From assembly GCA_951406725.2 (NCBI GenBank), contig OX597814.1, positions 48,360,001-48,424,000 of the forward strand: a stretch of DNA of 64,000 nt, given 5' to 3'. Position 1 is the stretch's first letter, and each line of letters begins with the position of its first letter. Position numbers and translations under genes: made by a program. Source of the DNA: Octopus vulgaris (Eukaryota). The notes below the pieces were generated by a model. It was not told where the DNA came from. It made no database searches and worked only from the letters and a program-made list of their open reading frames with translations. Shown piece by piece: positions 1 to 11,847 of the stretch.

Positions 1-419
1 TTCTCTCTTATATGAATTACTCGTTATATAAAATGCGTTGCGTTCCTTTTCCTTATCAAAATGTAAACATATATATATATATACTGTCCAGACGAAATTT
101 ATAAAGTGCGAACAGAAACTTATCTGTTAGTAGCAGCAGCAACAGTTGCTGTCAAGTTTCGTGTGTCAAATAAGTAGGTGTGATGGAGAATCCTGTCCCC
201 ACCCATCACTCAAAGTTCTTCGCCTCAACTTTTCTCTCAACTTCCCTAGTTTCCTTTTCTTCACACGTGACTCCTGTAACGTAACAACAACGACTAACAG
301 CCTAATTCGATGATATTTTCCCGCAAGTTGCTACTGACAAATTGAAATCAAACAATGGGATTATAAAACAAGTTTCACGAAACAAGGTTTCCCTTTCCCA
401 CAAACTTTTACCATACGAG

Positions 420-635
420 GCAACGGGGGAAGAACTACTAACAGGGTCGCTTGATCTGCCAGAAATAGCAGGCAGTTTCTTTTATGTCATATACCCTGCT
501 TTATTCAAATAAAAGGGACCTGTTAGATGTCTTAAAATATACTCTGAAAATGTAGCAGTATGTTCACAGAGTGATGTCTTTAACTACATGTCTGTCTGTT
601 TGATGAAAACTGACCTTGGGCTAAGCATGCTTAAT
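420..635 (+). repeat. Old dispersed SINE-like repeat (family E)
   Basis: Motifs gtcgcttgatctgccagaaatagcag ... ctgaccttgggctaa recur, diverged, at about 3190-3365, 3400-3630, 38475-38670 and 59640-59740. Confidence 0.5.
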
Positions 636-646
636 AATAGTAATTG

Positions 647-697
<51 letters not shown>

Positions 698-769
698 TGT
701 ATATATACATATAGATGTAGGTATGTATGTATATATGTTTTATTTATTAAATTGTTATTATATATATAC

Positions 770-816
<47 letters not shown>

Positions 817-890
817 TGTATATATACATATAGATGTAGGTATGTATGTATGCATATGTTTTATTTATTAAATTGTTATTATATATATAC

Positions 891-937
<47 letters not shown>

Positions 938-1033
938 TGTATGTATACATATAATAACAATTTAATAAATAAAACATATGCATACATACATACATACATG
1001 TACATACCTACATTTATATGTATATATACATGC

Positions 1034-1378
1034 ATCATCATCATCATCGTCGTTTAACGTCCGTTCTCCATGCTAGCATGGGTTGGACGGTTCGACCGGA
1101 GTTCTGGGAAGCCAGAAGGCTGCACCAGGCTCCAGTCTAATCTGGCAATGTTTCTACAGCTGGATGCCCTTCCTAACGCCAACCACTCCGTGAGTGTAGT
1201 GGGTGCTTTTTACGTGCCACCTGCACAGGTGCCAGGCGGGGCTGGCAACGGCCACGGTCAGATTGGTGTATTTTATGTGCCACCGGCACGGAAGCCAGTC
1301 GAGGCGGTGCTGGCATCGGCCACGAGTCGGATAGTGCTTTTTACGTACCACCAGACCAGGGATCCTGGCTGGTTCAAT

Positions 1379-1381
<3 letters not shown>
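1034..1381 (-). mobile_element. RTE-LINE 3' end (5'-truncated copy or RTE-tailed SINE, family A)
   Basis: Minus strand ends in gttaaacgacg(ATG)n; contains agtggttggcgttaggaagggcatccagctgtagaaa; same sequence as the 3'UTR of the RTE at 13264-14760. Confidence 0.85.
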
Positions 1382-1419
<38 letters not shown>

Positions 1420-1515
1420 CAATTACTATTATTAAGCATGCTTAGCCCAAGGTCAGTTTTCATCAAACAGACAGACATATATATATATGCATATATATAT
1501 ATGTATGTATGCATG

Positions 1516-1547
<32 letters not shown>

Positions 1548-1659
1548 CATGTATATATATATATATATACATGCATACATATATATATATACATATATAT
1601 ATATATATGGATATATATATATATATATGCATATATATATATATATATATATACACATG

Positions 1660-1692
<33 letters not shown>

Positions 1693-1918
1693 GGATATAT
1701 ATATATATAAATTAAATTATAGATAAAACCACTATTAGGCAAATATATATATATATATATATAATAACAATTTAATAAATAAAACATATGCATACATACA
1801 TACATATATATACATACCTACATCTATATGTATATATACATGCATATATGAGTACAGGACACCACAAATAAACGTAGAACACAACGAGAAACGAAAACAT
1901 AAAATCAATGTATATATA

Positions 1919-2332
1919 TATATTATATTAAATTAGAGATAAAACCACTATTAGGCAAATCATACAATGAAAAATTTAAGCCAATACATAAGATTATTTA
2001 ATTTATATTATTTAAATATATAACAAAATTATTAAAATATAATTAATATAACACTACGATCGTTTCATGGCTGTTAATTTCTTTAAATTTTCGAGTTACA
2101 GTCATTCATCAGGTGGTTTAAATATTTAACTTGGCGAGGTTTAATAATTTTGTTATATATTTAAATAATATAAATTAAATAATCTTATGTATTGGCTTAA
2201 GTTTTTCATTGTATGATTTGCCTAATAGTGGTTTTGTCTCTAATTTAATATAATATAATATTTTACTATAAAATTGGATTCAATCCTAAATCTGATTTTT
2301 CCCTGTAAGTTTGGATTTATTCCCTAATATTT

Positions 2333-2335
<3 letters not shown>
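1919..2335. mobile_element. Non-coding Penelope-type (pLTR-like) element with inverted arms 1919-2036 / 2140-2257 around a hammerhead
   Basis: About 118-bp arms with 2 visible mismatches; hammerhead core lies in the loop; flanked by (TA)n; related copy at about 16600-16900. Confidence 0.7.
2050..2119 (-). ncRNA. Minimal type-I hammerhead ribozyme (PLE-type)
   Basis: Minus strand: aaaccac CTGATGA atgactgtaa...ttaacagccat GAAAC gatc GTA gtgtt. Intact core, stem I cac/gtg, stem II about 9 bp with one mismatch, palindromic stem III ACGATCGT, GUA cleavage triplet. Confidence 0.8.
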
Positions 2336-2421
<86 letters not shown>

Positions 2422-2438
2422 GTGTGTGTGTGTGTATA

Positions 2439-2669
2439 CAGGGCTGGCCAAAAGTCACCCGACAATAAATCAAAGTTCCAAAAACACTATCTGTAATTCT
2501 GTATTGATTCGAATGGGAAAATGTGTCGCTCTAGCACTTCAATTTGAACAATTTTCATGATGTTTCGTATTCAGATGCTTTTATTAAATTTATTCAGTTG
2601 CTTAATACAAATAAATCTTGGAATTAAATGAGTTTTGATTTACTGTCAGGTGACTTTTGGTCAACCCTG
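2439..2669. mobile_element. Tc1/mariner-type MITE
   Basis: About 36-bp TIRs (cagggctggccaaaagtcacccgacaataaatcaaa / tttgatttactgtcaggtgacttttggtcaaccctg), TA on both sides. Confidence 0.85.
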
Positions 2670-2745
2670 TATATGTCAGGAGGTATGAGAGGTGAATATA
2701 GATTTAGCTGTGATAACAGCTCCGAATCCACATCTTATACAACTC

Positions 2746-2781
<36 letters not shown>

Positions 2782-2810
2782 TAATTGTTTTTTTGTGGTG
2801 GTGGTGGGGG

Positions 2811-4406
2811 GGATCTTTTCAATCTGACCGACAGACTTTTAATTATTTTTTTAAGACCAAACACTTGGGATACTGGTAGAATGTGTCTCATAGAACAGTG
2901 TTTACTCTTAACGTTTTTGACAAAATTTTGTATTTTAGAAGTTATTTCGTGTTAAAGTTGTCGTATTTGGGTAATTTTAACCAATTGGTGATGAGCATTC
3001 AGCTGAAGAAAATGACTGCTGCTGTTTGCGAACAACAACTTTCGGGTCCACTCTCTCCTAAAACAAAACCCTTCTTTAATAATCAGAGATGTTTTTATAG
3101 CAAGGTAGGTTTGCTGTATCAGGGTTGATTTGAGGCTAAATAACAACAACATTATTACAGACAGACTAACGACGGAGTATGTATGTGGTTGCATGACCTG
3201 CTAGAAAAAGTAGCCAAACTTTTTTTAAATGCAGAATAGAAAAACCTCTATCCTGTGATATACACGTAGAGTCCATTATATCTGGGTAGAAAGATGAATG
3301 GTCACAGTTGAGATGTCTTTGATCATATCTGTTCAATGAGATCCAACTCGGAACTAAACAAAAAGTGACGAAGGGAACGAGATGAGGCAACCAGAGAGCC
3401 TTTACCTGGTCGCTAGATTTGTTAGAAAGAGCAACCAAATCATCCTGACAAAAAGAAAAATGAAATTTCCGTCTTCAAGAAGAAAAAAATGCAAGTTTAT
3501 ATTATTTTATAATGTTCGCTTAGGAATTAATTACTTCTAGAAAAGAATAAAACAAAATAGTCATGGTTGGAACGTCTTTTCTCACAGATACATTACAATC
3601 AGAGCTATCCTGTGGTTAAAACAATATTCTTCACTGAAAGCTGAAGCAGCTAAAGTTAACGAAAAGTTGAAAGAATGAAAAATAGCAAGTATCCATATTC
3701 CAAATATTGGAATTCCCTTATAAAATAATATATATTTTTTATCTTGAAGACGGAAATTTCATTTTTCTTTTTGTCAGGATGATTTGGTTGCTCTTTCTAG
3801 CAACTCGAGCGACCAGGTAAAGGCTCTCTGGTTGCCTCATCTCGTTCCCTTCGTCATTTGTTGTTTAGCCCCGAGTTGGATCTCATTGAACAGATATGAT
3901 CAAAGACGTCCCAACTGTGACCATTCGTCTTTCTACCCAGATATAATGGACTCTACATGTATATCACAGGATAGAGTTTTTTTTTTCTATTCTGCATATA
4001 AAAAAAGTTTGGCTACATTTTCTAGCAGGTCATGCAACCACATACATGCTCCGTCGTTGGTCTGTCTCAGTAATAATTTTGTTGTTATTTAGCCTCAGAT
4101 CAATCCTGATACAGTAAACCTATGTTGCTATAAAACATCTCTGGTTTTGTTAGGGAAGAGTTGACTCGGAAGTTGTTGTTTGCAAACAGCAGCAGTAATT
4201 TTCTTCAGCTGAATACACACCATTGATTGGTTAAAATTACCCAAATACGACAACTTTAACACGATATAACTTCTAAAATACAAAATTTTGTCAAAAACGT
4301 TAAGAGTACTGTTCTATGAGACACATTCTACCAGTATCCGAAGTTTCAAAGTGTTTAGTTAAAAAAAAATTAATTAAAAAATATGTCGGTAAGATTGAAA
4401 AGATCC
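2811..4406. repeat. Large inverted duplication: arms 2811-3480 and 3742-4406, 261-bp spacer
   Basis: Arms are reverse complements throughout (e.g. ttaacgtttttgacaaaattttgtattttagaagtt / aacttctaaaatacaaaattttgtcaaaaacgttaa), about 90% identical with small indels. Confidence 0.95.
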
Positions 4407-4929
4407 TTTTATTTATCTCAGAAACTAAGCTTAAATCGCTGAAATTAATGGGAAAAGAGAAGCTAGGCGGTATATGCTTTCTTAATACAAATTAGCGGTA
4501 AAGTTGGCGCGCGTTAGACATATTCAATTCTCTGCTTGCTGCGAATTACAAACCAAGGGAGATGACATTGGTATTAAAGTAACATAATTTCAGTGGATTT
4601 TCTCCCTTAGTATATGGCTAAGTAGCTGGAAGTAGCTTTTTTTTTTTGTTTTTGAATTAAAAACCATGTTTTACGTCGTTCGAAATAACTTCTGCTGTGA
4701 AGAAGTTAATTATAACACATTAAAAAATAACCCAAAACAGGAGAATGCTAATAAATTTGGAAAATAAACTGTATAATTTCATTTCCATCATAATATCACC
4801 TGGATTGAATTAAAATATGGACTTGAGAGTTAACGGATTTCACATTTTAATTTTCGTTAGTTTTGTTTTAATAAACAAATCTGTATTAAATTAACAGCAG
4901 CGACGAAGATAATAGTTCTTCCTACAGTA

Positions 4930-5140
4930 CACAAGTCACGTAATCTCGCGTAATATCTCATCACTAACTTCAGGATGCCAATAACGTTATATCACTATAA
5001 ACCAATCAGCTGAACTGTTTCTTGTACATTTAGGTACCCCAACATATGCAGGTCACAACCTCTGACCTTTAAGTTGGTTGCTTATCCGAAAGAAAATCAT
5101 TGAATGTGATTCGATTTATAAGAAAGTTATAGAGGTAAGT
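4930..5140 (+). promoter_or_regulatory. Putative Pol II promoter and non-coding first exon ending at 5134
   Basis: tcacgtaatctcgcg, two CCAAT boxes (gccaata, accaatcagc), consensus donor AG|GTAAGT at 5134/5135, local CpG retention in non-repeat sequence. Confidence 0.55.
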
Positions 5141-7284
5141 TTGTCTATTATGTCTTCTGTAATTGTTGAGAATTCAATTAAAGCTACAGACATCGCTACT
5201 TTTTGTTTGTTAATTTCCCCCCACGAACGTCTGTTCTGTTTTCAATAATGGAGCTTTGTATATGGTCTGGAAAATCTTTCGTGATCCTTTTTCTTGATAA
5301 TTTAGTACCCGCCATTCTTATTCTGTTGTCATTGTATATTACTTTCAATTTAGTTGTATGCTTTATATACACATAGCAATTTCCTGTTCAGTGAAGCTTA
5401 TTATTATGAATAGTCTCGTTAAGTGATAGTCTTTGTGGAGCCAATGTGGGTTAGTTCATAAATTTTCTTGTATATGATTTTATATTGTATTTTGTAACGA
5501 AATATTTTTCATGGTGACTCTATCAGAAATGAAATCGAACACGGTTCAGGATATTGACACATGCCCGTACCATTGTCTGTTCGTTGTTGTAAGAAAGATA
5601 CATGACCTCTGCATTTGTTGACTGTATACCAATGACCTGGCATTGCCTATCAACCTTTTCAACTCTTTGTTAGGGTTAAAGGCTACATTATATTTAGCTT
5701 CTAAACTCCTGCATTTTCATTATTTTATTTGAGCTTTTTTCGATTGTAATCTTTAAAATAATGTTAACATTATATTTCGAAAAAAAAAATCTCCTATTTC
5801 TAATTTCGTCTACTACTACAGTGTTACAATTTATTATTTTTTTTGTTAATATTATTGTTTATCTCAATGCAACAGATTTTATCCACTTCCTTTTATAAAT
5901 CTTCTATTACGCTATTCGAAGCATCAATTCCACACAAAAAATGCGTAGCCGATATATATATATGCATATATAAAATCGGTATGTGCATATATGCGCGCGC
6001 GCATGTATGAATGTATTGTGTTGAATTAAGCTGTCGCTAGAATGTTGTCGTGTTTCCATTTAATGCTACTAAGTAACTTATTCGTTCTCGGTTTTATCTA
6101 TTGATTTCTACGACCTTTGTCCTTTAACATATGCACCGAGTATAATATAGGTCATGTGAATATATTATGCAAATCTTTTGGTCATCAACTTAGACAAGCT
6201 GTTGTTGTCTACTTCACCATAGTAACTGTTAGCGAGCACCAAACTTTATGAATTTACTTTTCTAATTAAAAGCCAAATAATGATTTCGACAAATGTTAAC
6301 ATTTTCTTAGTTTTTAATGTGTCATATTGAACATATTATGCATTGGGGCCTTCAACGAAAGTCAAACTATAAAAACGAGGCTGTTAATTTCGTGGCAAGT
6401 TAACTAAAAATGCATTGTCCTGTTTCTTAAAGTTGATTCTCAGAATTAGGAATTATTTGAATGGTGACGTGGATGAGATTCGAACTGACACAGGCGTATC
6501 CTAGTGGGTTTTCATTGAGGTGTTTATTTATTAGTGTCTAACTCTCAGAAGTTACTGCCAGTTGTACTCCTGTTCCATCTTCGAATAGCTTCCTACCTGT
6601 ATTGATACCTGTGAATGCCAAGAAAGTAGTTTTCTCTGTCCACTCTTTCAGTTTTCTGCAACCATAAAATATCAGTATGTAGAAACTAAACAATAATCGT
6701 GCACGTGATATATTTAGATATATTCTGTAGTTAATGAATATTTTTTAAACCATCATCTAAGTTTAGCCACTTATGCATCGGATCACACGTTTTATAAATG
6801 GCTCCTGATTCTAATATTGGTCACTACACATATCCCTTCTCTAAGTCATAAGTTACAACCTGTGCCAGTTTGGATTTTATATAAAATCTGGAGATTGAGA
6901 AAGAGGAAGTCATTGAGAAGAATTTCTGTCTTACATTCTAGTGTTTAACTTCTCAAATCTCAACAATAATCTTAGTTGGATTTTTTAAGTGTTCAAATTG
7001 TTACATAATTTCTCCTATTATAAGTTAGTTTCCTTTAATTGATCTGCTCTTGATTTGAAATATATCGAATTTAGGTATTTTTTTCCTGGGATTATTGGAA
7101 CATAATTGACAGTCTATAGTTTTATAACTGGTGCTTGTTTTATTGATCCTAAAAGGATGAAAGTTAAGTCGACTTTGGTGGAATTTGAACTTAGAACGTA
7201 AAGACAGGCGGTACCAATTGTTTTCATTTCACTAATCAAGAAATAGGTTGTTTGCCTGTTTGTGATCACACACATCTATACACA

Positions 7285-7420
7285 CGTGAAGATGGAGCGA
7301 TGACATCAAAGAATGGACTAGGAAGACCCTAGGGGAGTGCACGGGTGCAGCACTAGATGGCAGTGTGTGGTAAGAAGCTGTGATTGAGCCCTCAGCCAAT
7401 GGCATATCCATTCATCCTTT
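7285..7420 (+). mobile_element. RTE LINE C-terminal fragment
   Basis: Translates RWSDDIKEWTRKTLGECTGAALDGSVW*, like the C-terminus of RTE ORFs. Confidence 0.6.
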
Positions 7421-7926
7421 TATATGTATTATAAATCCCTACAAAATAAAATACAAGCTTTTGCTTAGTCCATTACCACCTTTCCTGTCTTTTTCCTATT
7501 GTTTGTTTCTATGAACTCCAATTATAGGTGGGAAGGAGAAATTACAGAGTGAATTCAATACTGGACTACTGGTTCATTGTGTATGAGTGTTGGATTTGAT
7601 TGAGAGTAGCCATCACATCATATGAGGATGACTTGTTGTAGACCTGCATCGTATTCAAAGGATATTCTCATTTGCTTCAGGCCAACTCTGGTTCTTAAGA
7701 TAGAAACATTTTACGTTTTGGAAATTTATAAACAGTGATTTTGTATGATAGAACTAGAGGTGGTCTGAGGTAAGTTGATATCAAGAGAGTGAAACACACA
7801 AATGGATTTAAAATAAGGGATATAATGTTTGAATGCTATTGGTTTCGTGAACCACAGTTGACATATCATGGCACCAAGATTTTTGATTCTTAAAAGCACC
7901 TGATTGAAAGAGAGCTATATATATAT

Positions 7927-7962
<36 letters not shown>

Positions 7963-8039
7963 GCATTTGTTTTTGTAGTTCCAGTTCAGAGCTGTAGCCA
8001 TGCTGGTGCACCATTTTGCTACACTCCAGTAATATGTGG

Positions 8040-8578
8040 CATTTGGTGAATAAGGGAATTCAATGTTGCTACCCTCATTCGCACTTTTTGCTGTGAGGTA
8101 GGTTCATCTGGAATCTCAACAGGAAGTGGTCCAGTTTTGATTTGAAAACACCCACATCCACTTTATGTAGGTCCCTCAGGCTCTTTGGGAGAATATTAAA
8201 AAGTTGTGGGCCCCTGAAACCTAGGCTGTTGCAGTAACTGGTCCTGAAGTGTGATGGTATTGCTAGAATCTTTGGCACTGTGCAGTGTCAACCTGTTCTG
8301 GCATTGGTGTAGCTTTCAATGCCAAAATTTGGCACAATTCCTTCCAGGAAATTCTGAATGTATATTACTGCATACCTCTCCTGCCTTCACTCCAGAGAGT
8401 AGAATCTTAGCTATTTCAGCTTTTCCCAGTAGCTGAGCTGTTGCAATGAGACGATCTGCTTTGTGAAGCTTTGCTGGATTGCTTCAAGATCTGCTGTTAA
8501 ATTTTCACTGTTGGGTGACCATAGCTGGGAACAGTAGTCCAGGTGGCTGAGAATGAATGTCCTCCAGAGGACCATCAT
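8040..8578 (-). mobile_element. CR1-type LINE 3' fragment
   Basis: SHLDYCSQLWSP, NSLGFRGPQLFNILPKSLR, FKSKLDHFL; same family as 18870-19455. Confidence 0.8.
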
Positions 8579-8579
8579 T

Positions 8580-9410
8580 TGATGCTTCTTATGCTCAACT
8601 TTTCTCTTTGGGCACTTACACTCTGTCGTATATGCACACTGACATTATACATCCAGTGGATCATACTAACTTAATTTCTTTCAGGCTAACATATGTCCTC
8701 AGCAGTCATGGCCCGTGTTTCACTGCCATGTAGCATTGCAGTTTGCACACATGCATCATACAGTCTATCTTTCATGCTGAGCGAGAGGCCCTTAGTTGCT
8801 AGCAGAGAGAGGAGCTCCCTGAACTTTGCTCAGGCTATTCTTATTGTAGCCGCTACACTCTCAGAACAGCCAGCCCCACTACAGACTTGGTCACCTCAGT
8901 AGTGGAAGCTATTAACTACTTGTAGTTTTTCCCCTTGGCATGTGATAGAATCTGTTTTCTGTACATCTTCAGTGTTTACTGCCCCTGTGTATCTGCTACA
9001 CACAAACCTATCTTCCCGGTTAACCTTCCTTTGATATTGCTGTACCTTTTATGTATCCATAGTTTACACCTTTTCTACAGATCGAGCAAGGCCAGCTACC
9101 TGAAGGGGTTTGTGATTTGTCAGCCTTCCTACTTACTAAGACTTTAGTTTTTGCTAGGTTAAGTCTAAGACCCTTTGATTCCAGACCTTGCTTCCACATC
9201 CTAAACTTCATCTCTAGTTCTGGCAGCGACTCAGCTATTAGAGCAAGGTCATCAGCATAGAGGAGCTCCCAGGGCCAGCCTGTCTTGAATTCCTCTGTTA
9301 TTGCCTGGAGGACTATAATGAATAAGCGGGGGCTGAGAACTGATCCTTGGTGAACCCCTACTTCTACCTGGAATTCTTCACTATACTCATTGCCAACCCT
9401 CACTTACTGA
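8580..9410 (-). mobile_element. RTE LINE RT fragment
   Basis: VGVHQGSVLSPRLF, ELLYADDLALIA, GLRLNLAKTKV, WPCSICRKGV; same family as 13264-14760. Confidence 0.9.
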
Positions 9411-9879
9411 CAGCATACATATATATATATATAAATATATATGCATACATACACATATATATGTACATGCATATTTTTGTATATACATGCATATATGAAA
9501 TACAAAACATGGAATACAAACTTTTTTGTGAACAATGAAAGAAACAAATGGAAAACAAGACATGGAAAAATCGATCCTTCATCAGTTCTTGGCTGTTTTT
9601 CTACTTTGTATTTCAAGCATATACATAGGGGCTGGTGACTTTGATGTGAGGATGTGTGTGTGTGTCTGTAATGTGTGGGTGCTGGGAAGTAGTCAGTGCT
9701 AGTGCTTTCAGGGTGGTGTGATGTGGAGTGGTGGTGTGTGATGTGGTGTGGCAGTGTTGGGATATGGGGATGGGAATTTGGGGTGGGGTGTGGATGGGGG
9801 TATTGAAGAGAGAAGGTGGGTAGGAATGAAGAGAGGAAGTAGGTGTCAGACGAAGAGAGGAGAGGAGGGGAGTCAGATG

Positions 9880-10430
9880 AAGAGGGAGGGGAGTTGAGCC
9901 ATGTAGTGCAAAGAAGCGAAGAGAGAAGATTAATTCCTGTTCATGGTGAAGGCAGGAGTCCAGATGGCCCCTGTGCAAATTCAGTCCGAACACAGACAGG
10001 TGTTGTAATGAATGACCGGTAGAGCGGAAACGGTGCAAGACCAGGGTGTCATTGTCAAGTGTAATGTCTCGGAGGTGCTCTGCGAACTGGTCAGCCAAGC
10101 GGTGTCCCATTTGACCAACATACAGGAGAAGATCAGAAAGAGCAAGAGATGCAGTAAATGATGTTGCTAGAAGTGCAGGTAAAGGTGTCAGTGATATGAT
10201 AGGGATGATGATGGGTGCCTGTGAGGATGGTAGTGTTGGAGAGCTAGGGGCAAGTGCGGCAGCATCGGTGGGAGCAGGGGAAATTTGTGGGGAAAATTAG
10301 GTGGGGTTAGGGAAGAAACTGTGAACCAGGTCACATAGGTTGTGAGCTCATTTGAAGGAGAGAAGGTTGGGGAAGATGTGCAAAGTGGAGGGGTTGGACT
10401 GGAGTTACTAGAAGGCTCAGAGAATGGTAT
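9880..10430 (-). mobile_element. Penelope-like element GIY-YIG endonuclease remnant
   Basis: Cys-rich linker, then TFTCTSSNIIYCISC ... YVGQMGHRLADQFAEHLRDI ... EQELIFSL, with stops and frameshifts. Confidence 0.85.
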
Positions 10431-11629
10431 GTTGGAGATACATATATATATATATATACATACATACTAGCAGAAAGATTGCCACCAGGTGGTTTTCTGC
10501 TAGTCACTTGATTATATTTTCACATTTGGTTCCCAATTCTAATAATTTTTATATTTTATGTCTAATTACTTCTTTGTATAATAGTGCTCACTTGCTTAGT
10601 AAATATTGCTTTTATTATTCTATCAGTCATAGCCTCTGTCTTTTAAATAAACATCAGGGTAGTCCAACAACAGAGGGAGAAGCAATTTGTCATGTTTTAC
10701 TTTTCCCCCAAAGCAATGTAGAGATTACAATTCAGCAGCCCATCTGTAAGCTTTTTAGTGTGTTTGTGAGAGAGAGTGGGGGAGAGAGAGCATTGCAAAC
10801 AATGACTGAAATAAACATGAAATAAAAAATTGTATAAATAAAAGGGCATTTCTACAGATGTATACACCCCTAACTTTGTTGCTTCATAGCAACTAGAAAA
10901 ATGGATACTTTTTAACAAAATTCTCTACAAATACCGCTTAGATGTTGTGGCTTCAGTGTATATATGGATTTATGGGAAAGAATTTTTCCGAGAGGGTGGA
11001 GAGAGGAGTTTTGGAAAATTCACATGATCTGACTTTTTTTCTCTCACGAAAATGGATATCTTTTCATGAAGATCTATACAAATCCCTTTCAAATGGCAAA
11101 GATTATGATTATAAAGAAATTTGTGGGGAAATTTCTTTTAGGGGTTTTCCCCATTTTTTAAAAACTATAGCCTATGAAATGAAGGGGTTGGGAGGGGGAC
11201 ATCTTTGTATGAAAAAGTTTTGAAAAGTTTTTTTTACAACCCCTTTCTCATTATTTTGTCTTTTGTACTTCAAAACCATGGGAAGAGCATTTTCGGTAAA
11301 AAAAAAAAAATTTCAGAGGGGAAAGTGAGTGATTTAAGGGTGATTTGGCTGTTGTTTCTAGCACACACAAAGACAACCCTTCGTGTTTCTTTATCACTCT
11401 TGCATGTATTGAGATTTTTCAATATTTTATCCCCATAAATACATTTATATGCTATAAAAAGGAGAATTTGAGAAATTATGAGTCTTTTGCAACCCCACTC
11501 CCTGCCCCTGATTGTTTCTGTTAAGAAATTAAAATATTGGAAAACCTGAGGTCATTGCTGGCATTTATCCACAGTGATTTAAGAAAATTTTGGAGATATA
11601 CTTGCACAGCAAGTGACTTGATCTGAGAT

Positions 11630-11847
11630 CAAGGGGGTGCTGAAAAGTTTCTGGCTTTGAATAAAAACAAAATGCAGGAGGATCAATTAATTATGATTTT
11701 AGTCAACATATTCCCCTCTCAGATCCACACACATATTGCAGTGGTCCTGCAGTTTTTCTAAGCCCTGTAAAAGAACTTGGAAAGTTGGGCCTCTAACCAG
11801 GCCTTTTATGATACCTTTAAAATCAGGAACTTTTCAGCGACCGCTTG
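11630..11847. mobile_element. mariner-type MITE
   Basis: TIRs caagggggtgctgaaaagtttctgg / caggaacttttcagcgaccgcttg followed by TA; second copy at 60685-60888. Confidence 0.75.

Noticed and set aside
588-1805. Many Y/I/C/M-rich ORFs here and at 25500-27100, 30700-31100, etc.
   Set aside because: They are translations of (TA)n/(TG)n microsatellites, which lack stop codons
7348-7365. CTCF-like cactagatggcag (and caccagatggcag near 19433)
   Set aside because: Both lie in LINE fragments; a motif alone is not evidence of binding
9248-9262. CTGATGA matches at 9250, 14752 and 30354
   Set aside because: They are codons of the RT YADD/FADD motif, not ribozymes
9480-9625. CTGATGA on the minus strand near a PLE end, with GAAA upstream (possible type-II hammerhead)
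   Set aside because: I could not build stems I-III; probably PLE terminal sequence, structure unresolved
10820-11300. Possible old Helitron-like repeat with an internal direct repeat
   Set aside because: Termini not identifiable; too degraded to call
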